DNA of 63,978 bases, filler included, from Octopus bimaculoides (Eukaryota): assembly GCF_001194135.2 (NCBI RefSeq). It is 7 parts of 7 records of this genome, joined end to end, with 100 filler letters (N's around TTAATTAATTAA, not from the genome) between each part and the next. Parts side by side here need not be neighbours in the genome. Positions count along the whole stretch, not along the records: positions 62,881 to 63,978 come from NW_026332620.1; 6 more parts are not named here. One strand, given 5' to 3'. How positions within the stretch are numbered: position 1 is the stretch's first letter; every line of letters begins with the position of its first letter. Below the pieces are notes generated by a model, which was not told where the DNA came from, searched no databases, and saw only the letters and a list, made by a program, of their open reading frames with translations. Shown here one piece after another: positions 62,881-63,978 of the stretch. Made by a program: the position numbers and the translations under genes.

Positions 62881-63978
62881 GAACGAACGTACGAACATAC
62901 GTACGAACGAAAGAACGAACGTACGTACGTACGAACGCACGAACGAAAGAACGTACGAACATACAGACGACCTAACGGACAAAAGAACGAAGGAACGAAC
63001 GAACGTACGTATGAACGAACGAACAAACAATTGAACGAACGAAGGTACGAATGAATAAACTTACGTAGGTATGTATGTACGAAAGAACGATAGTACTTAC
63101 GTACGTACGAACTAAGGAACGTAATGAAGGATCGAACGAACGTACGTACGAACATGCGTACGAACGAAAGAACGAACGTACGTACGAACGAATAAACGTA
63201 CGTACGAAAGTTCAAGCGAACAAAAGAAAGAACAAACGTACGTATAAACGAACGAACGAGAGAATGAACAATTGAACGAACGAACGTACGTACCAACGAA
63301 TAAACTTGCGTACGTACGTATGTACGAACGTCCGATATTACGTACGTACGAACGAACGAACGAAGGGAATGAAGGAACGAACGTAAGTACGCACGTACGA
63401 TAGAACGTACGTACGAACGAACGTAATTACGAACTAACGTACGTACGAACGAACGTATGAGCGAACGTACGAACAAACGAAGGAACGAACGTACGTGCGA
63501 ACAAACGAACGAACAAAAGATCGAACGTACGTATGAACGAACGAACAATTTAACGAACGAACGTACGAACGAATAAACTTACGTACGTACGTGTGCACGA
63601 ACGAACGAGAGAACGAACGAACGAACAAATGTACGTACGAACGTATGTTCGTACGTTCGTTCGATCCTTCATTACGTTCCTTCGTTCGTACGTACGTAAG
63701 TACTATCGTTCATTCGTACCTACGTAAGTTTATTCGTTCGTACGTTCGTTTGTTCAATTGTTTGTTCGTTCGTTCATACGTACGTTCGTTCTTTCATACG
63801 TACGTTCGTTCTTTCATACGTACGTTCGTTCGTTCGTTCCTTTGTCCGTTAGGTCGTCTGTATGTTCGTACGTACTTTCGTTCGTGCGTTCGTTCGTACG
63901 TTCGTTCGTTCGTTCGTTCGTTCGTTCGTTCATTACGTACCTTCGTTCGTACGTACGTAAGTACTATCGTTCGTTCGT
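62881..63978. repeat. CpG-rich (ACGA/ACGT) complex satellite with higher-order units and an orientation switch at about 63641
   Basis: Landmark CAATT at 63028, 63269 and 63546, each followed about 30 bp later by TAAACTT. About 63641-63900 is a diverged reverse complement of about 62905-63160. Confidence 0.9.

Overview
AT-rich, microsatellite-saturated animal DNA from a gapped draft assembly: several kb of N, plus six artificial TTAATTAATTAA join spacers. The tRNA-derived SINE families look like those of octopod cephalopods (inference from recognition, not a search). No host protein exon can be identified with confidence; one compact minus-strand gene candidate at about 7.7-9.15 kb is mostly hidden in a gap. 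Almost all long ORFs in the track are translated simple repeats or read through N. The interpretable content is mobile DNA: several tRNA-SINE families; decayed LINE fragments of the R4/Dong (RLE), RTE, Tx1/L1 and CR1/L2 groups; mariner/Tc1 and Chapaev-like transposase relics; and foldback/MITE inverted repeats. Two signals that the ORF track does not show stand out. (1) At least six sequence-unrelated type I hammerhead ribozyme motifs of the minimal Penelope/retrozyme kind lie on both strands. One sits in a 514-nt tandem dimer, one next to a GIY-YIG C-terminus, and four have a non-canonical core position 4. (2) R4/Dong-type retroelements appear to be inserted in different microsatellites, (TAA)n versus (CATA)n, depending on family. 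All folds and translations were done by eye.
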